Of a DNA stretch of 64,000 nucleotides, positions 60,501 through 64,000 are shown one piece after another. The notes below the pieces were generated by a model. The model was not told the origin of the DNA. It was given only the letters and a program-made list of their open reading frames with translations, and made no database searches. Within the stretch, counting starts at the first letter, position 1, and every line of letters begins with the position of its first letter. The DNA is taken from the NCBI GenBank assembly GCA_963725665.1, contig CAVRZA010000002.1:224001-288000 (forward strand). Direction: 5' to 3'. The position numbers were made by a program, and so were the translations under genes. The stretch is from an uncultured Actinomycetes bacterium. GTDB lineage: Bacteria > Actinomycetota > Thermoleophilia > UBA2241.

Positions 60501-61770
60501 ATCTCCCCCGGTGACTTGAGGAAGAGCTCGGCGTTCTTGCGCCCGAGCGGGTTGGGGAGGGGCTGGTTGGCGGCCTCGGCGGCGAGGATGTCGTGCAGCG
60601 GCGCGTCGGCCCGGGTGACGTAGTGGACGTCGTTGGTGGCCACCGTCGGCAGGCGCAGCTCGTGGGCGAGCAGGTCGAGCTCGCGCAGCAGCTTGTCGGA
60701 GTCGGGCAGGAGCTCGTGCTGGAGCTCGAGGTAGAAGTTCTGCGGGCCGAAGGTCTCGGCGAGGCGCGTGGCGGCTTGCCGGGCGCCGTCGCGATCGCCC
60801 TGGAGGAGGAGGGAGGCGACCTCGCCGCGGCGGCAGGCCGAGAGGGCGATGAGGTGGTCGGCGTGCTCTTTGATGGTGGCGAAGCGGGCGAGGGGCGGCT
60901 CGCCGGGGTGCTCGAGGTGCGCGGCGCTGATGATGCGGCAGAGGTTGGACCAGCCGGCGGAGTCCTTGGCGAGGAGGATGAGGTGGAAGCCGCCGGCGGT
61001 CTGGGCGGCGAGGGAGGCGGGGGGGACGGTGGCGGCAGACTTGAGGTGGTGGATGGCGTAGACGGCGTCGGGTCGGGGTCGGCCGGGGCGTCGTCGGATC
61101 GCGGCGCTGAGGGCGGGGAGGGGGCCTTCGCCCCTCGATCGTCAACCGGGGGCGCTGCGGGCGGGGCGGGGGCCTCAGGAGGGCGGCTTCGCCTCCTTCC
61201 GGCCGCGTCTTCGTCGCGGCCTCCAGAGCCTCCTTCGACCCCCGCCCCGCCCTCCGCGCCGCGATCGTCAACCTCGCGTGCGGCGACCCTGTACTCCCCT
61301 TCGCACCACGATCGTCAACCGCCTCCGCACCCCCGTCGTGAACCCCGCCCTCCACACTCCCCTTTGAAGACCCGGGGGCCGGCGCGACTCCAGCGCCCGG
61401 CGGCGCGCCGCCGGGTCACCTCCGCCGGCCGGCCCCTCGCGCCGGTCGTCAACCCTCGGGTTGACGACCGACGAGGTCGCACCAGGTCCGGTGTAGTCAG
61501 GGCTGGCAACAGCGGCGTTTTCGGCCGATTTTCCGGCTCGCCGTCGGCGTCGAGCACCGACTCGACCGTCAGCTCGACGCCGACGATCGGCTTGATGCCG
61601 GCCTTCTGGCAGGCCTCGTAGAAGCGCACCGCTCCGTAGAGGCCCTCGTGGTCGGTGACGGCGAGCGCCTTCATGCCCATCGCGCGTGCCGCATCGACGA
61701 GGTCGTCGATGCGGCACGCGCCGTCGCCGAACGAGAAGTTGGAGTGGACGTGAAGATGGACGAAACCCAA
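57530..61770 (-). CDS. dnaE2: SOS-inducible DNA polymerase III alpha (DnaE2-like) with two low-complexity insertions
   Basis: FVHLHVHSNFS, AVTDH, GRGSAGNS, LLFERF, MPDVDIDF, HLGGF, KMDILGL, FAAYGFNKAH, PMGFYS. Frame breaks lie within the N-terminal insertion (about 61000-61550). Confidence 0.85.
58370..58445 (-). repeat. palindromic element copy B inside dnaE2
   Basis: GGGUGGGGGUGGGGUC-GAA-GGACGC...GCGUCC-UGA-GGCCCCACCCCCACCC. Confidence 0.7.
61159..61252 (-). repeat. palindromic element copy A inside dnaE2
   Basis: GGGCGGGGCGGGGGUC-GAA-GGAGG...CCUCC-UGA-GGCCCCCGCCCCGCCC. Confidence 0.7.
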
Positions 61771-61833
61771 GAGGACCTTCCGGAGGCGCTCAATGCCACT
61801 CTTGCTGTGCGGGGAGATGCCCCAGCAAAGCCT

Positions 61834-61855
61834 AACACGAACATACGTTCGTGTT
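61834..61855. promoter_or_regulatory. LexA SOS box (Gram-positive type)
   Basis: Palindrome with perfect 9-bp arms, AACACGAAC-ATAC-GTTCGTGTT, containing CGAAC-N4-GTTCG upstream of dnaE2. Confidence 0.85.
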
Positions 61856-62048
61856 CAATGTCGCCATCTATGCCTGTGCCTTCCTTGAAAGACAGACGGG
61901 CAACACCTGCGCCCCAGCCGCTGTTCAGGCGGTGATCAATAGCGGTCAAGGTCCCGATAACGAGAGGTAGAATCGGCATCACAATCCGCCCGTCCGCAGG
62001 AGCTCCGATCGGAGTTAGCGTGCGGTCAAGGCGTGAGAAGGAGAGCGT

Positions 62049-62689
62049 GTGACGGAAGTACGCTGTCCCGTGTGTGACTCGCTCGTCAACAGCGCGGCTG
62101 CCGGGTGTCCCAACTGTGGCGCTTCACCGCGCCTCTCGCCGAAGAGGCAGAAGCGTTTCGTCTTGCCCTCGCGGATTCAAATCCCTCAGAACAGGCCAGA
62201 GACTTCGTCATGCTCCCGGGCTGGAGCCGGCGAACGCGGTTCCTCACGGCAATCCCCGCTCTGCTACCCGGCGTCATAGTCGCGGTATTCGGGCTCGTGT
62301 GGTTCGTCTCTGAGGCCCGCTTCTACTTCTCGCTCGGAATGTCTGAGAGAATGGCGGACGGGGATCCGCTCCGCGCGGACACTGGAATGGTGTTCGCTGC
62401 CGTCGTCATAGTCGCGGGACTTTTGTGGCTGGTGCCGGGGCTCGTGACGACCCTGCCCAAGCGGTTCAACCTCGCCCTGATGGTTGCGGCGATTATTCTC
62501 GGAGCGATTCCGCTGGTTCTCGGGATCAGCTTCTTGCACCGGATCTACGTATGGCTGCCGTTCGCTGCCTACGCTCCTGTCCTCGCAGTGCTCCGCTTCT
62601 TCCTGCAGAGCCGGGGAGACAGGCGATACACGAAGACCCAGCCATCCCAGGGGGTAGCGCAGTCCCGGGTTCCTCACATCGCCCTCTAA
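62049..62689 (+). CDS. zinc-ribbon membrane protein (frameshifted)
   Basis: MTEVRCPVCD...CPNCG in one frame, followed by about four TM segments in another. Confidence 0.6.
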
Positions 62690-62873
62690 GACGGTTTGCT
62701 CTTCTTCCTTCACCGGCACAACTCGTCACGGGTCAGCGAGAAGCATCAAACCCGTGGCAGCACGCGCGGGTACACTGTGCGTGGCGGCGGCGACCGCGAA
62801 TAGCGGTCCGCATCCGTCGGCTCGTCGGTGTGAAGCCGCCGCCGCACAACCAAGGTGCCCAGGGAGAGCGCCA

Positions 62874-63486
62874 ATGGCGGGTGTAGAAAGGAGCGATGCA
62901 AGCGAATCTGCGCCCAGGCGGGGTGATCTGCACACGCGACCAAAGGTCGTGGCGCTCGTCGGCAGTCCGCGCCGAGGCGGCAACACAGCATTCGCGGCGG
63001 GTGTCGCTACGGAAGAGCTCGAGCGTCGCGGCGTCTCCTGCGAGACGATCGAGCTCTCCGACCTCCCGCTGTTCCCCTGCGGCATCGACCCAGGCCGAGA
63101 GACGCCACCGCGCGCCGCGGACGATGTCGAGGCGCTGCTCGACAGAGTGTGGGCCGCAGACGGACTCATCCTGGCGACGCCGGTCCACTTCTGCAACGTG
63201 AGTGCGCAGATGAAGGCGTTCATGGATTGCACGAACGATCGCTACCTGAACCGAGCAGTGGCTCACGCCGAAGATCGTCGGCCTGCTCGTCATCGGGGGA
63301 CAAGGTGGCTTTTCGGACACCGTCGCTGCGTTGCGTCGCTACCTCGACTTCATGGCACCGTCGCAGCCCCCGGTCGAGGTGGCGAGCGGTCATGCCGACG
63401 CTCGCGGTGAGGCGCAGCGGTCCGCAGAGGTCAAGGCGTCAGTCCGGGCGATGGCAGCACGCATGGCCGACGTCCTTATGGGCTGA
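62874..63486 (+). CDS. flavodoxin-fold NAD(P)H-dependent FMN reductase (frameshifted)
   Basis: VVALVGSPRRGGNT, ADGLILATPVHFCNVSAQMKAFMD. Confidence 0.82.
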
Positions 63487-63850
63487 TAGCCGGAACGGGC
63501 GTGTCGGCGCACGAGCCGGCTCGTCGAGAGGCCCGGCTTGGGCAGCCCGCCATGGGAACGCAGGCCGCTGCGGCGGGCTGTTGAGTAGGTGGCCGCCGCC
63601 GGGCACGGCTTGCGCCTCTGTCTCCTTGCGAGGGTTCAGGACGGATTGGCGCTGGTTCGGGGTAGAAGAAGAATCAGTCTTCAGGATGATGCCGCTCGCC
63701 GTGTGCACAGCTCGTCATGAGGGCCGTAGCGGCACGGTGCGTGGACCCAGCCGGTCGGCGGAGGCGAATTCCCTGGGGTGGTCATCAGTTGAATGACCGA
63801 AGGCTCCCTCGACGACGGGTTCTCGAGACGAGACTCGACGCAGTTGGTCC

Positions 63851-64000
63851 TCACCCCACCCCGCGCTCGCGGTCGGCGCGCTCGACGATGGCGTGCACCT
63901 GTCTCGCGATGTCGGGATCGAGCGGGTCGGGCTTGTGCGTCTCGAGGATCTCGAGGGCGCGCGCGTGAGCGCGCGCGTAGGCGTCCGTGGCGCCGTCGGC
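63851..64000 (-). CDS. C-terminus of probable second MttB-family methyltransferase (partial)
   Basis: ADGATDAYARAHARALEILETHKPDPLDPDIARQVHAIVERADRE resembles the MttB C-terminal helix region. Confidence 0.6.
   Translation of the reverse strand, partial: ADGATDAYARAHARALEILETHKPDPLDPDIARQVHAIVERADRERGVG

Noticed and set aside
600-60514. Long antisense or alternate-frame ORFs (e.g. 600-1556, 12894-14303, 39739-41298, 50033-51559, 58577-60514)
   Set aside because: They are shadows of real genes in high-GC DNA, Arg/Gly/Ala-rich and without family motifs.
61000-61560. Possible intein or self-splicing intron in dnaE2
   Set aside because: No C/S start with HN-C/S/T end, no endonuclease or reverse transcriptase motifs, and no group I/II consensus ends seen; the insert is low-complexity and repeat-derived.
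61990-62030. attC 3' half (GTTAGCG) before the zinc-ribbon membrane gene
   Set aside because: No complementary R'' was found after the gene and there is no clear stem; too weak to call.
1-64000. Integrase, transposase, prophage, tRNA/rRNA or defence systems
   Set aside because: No recognisable motifs for any of these were found in the window.

Overview
High-GC bacterial chromosomal window. It is most consistent with an anaerobic or facultative actinobacterium such as Thermoleophilia; this is an inference from a CGAAC-N4-GTTCG SOS box, an actinobacterial-type Zur box, a 6C-like sRNA and MttB/HdrD-type genes. About 60 genes are recognisable. The left half (1-34.5 kb) is accessory-like: MFS/TetR and ABC efflux, a Lon-like protease, about eight VOC-family genes, a ferredoxin / FAD oxidoreductase / membrane protein / nonaheme cytochrome c operon, a GlcD-HdrD-type oxidoreductase and a non-pyrrolysine MttB. 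It carries many single-base frameshifts, probably long-read consensus errors. The right half is largely intact: a Zur-boxed ECF metal transporter, copA, fumC, paaK, fpg-like, REC-MshEN-PilB, accC, cinA-like, htpX-like, GT4, plsY-like and SOS-boxed dnaE2. Notable signals not explained by the ORFs: (1) two tandem integron-type gene cassettes at 3.0-4.1 kb with a complete attC and matching core sites but no integrase; (2) a covarying palindromic element inserted at two sites within dnaE2; (3) a sigma28/WhiG-type promoter driving a ~190-nt structured RNA upstream of a c-di-GMP-binding PilB-like ATPase; (4) a three-hairpin 6C-like sRNA under a SigB-like promoter. No rRNA, tRNA, CRISPR array, transposase or integrase was seen. 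All family calls come from motif recognition by eye, not database searches.
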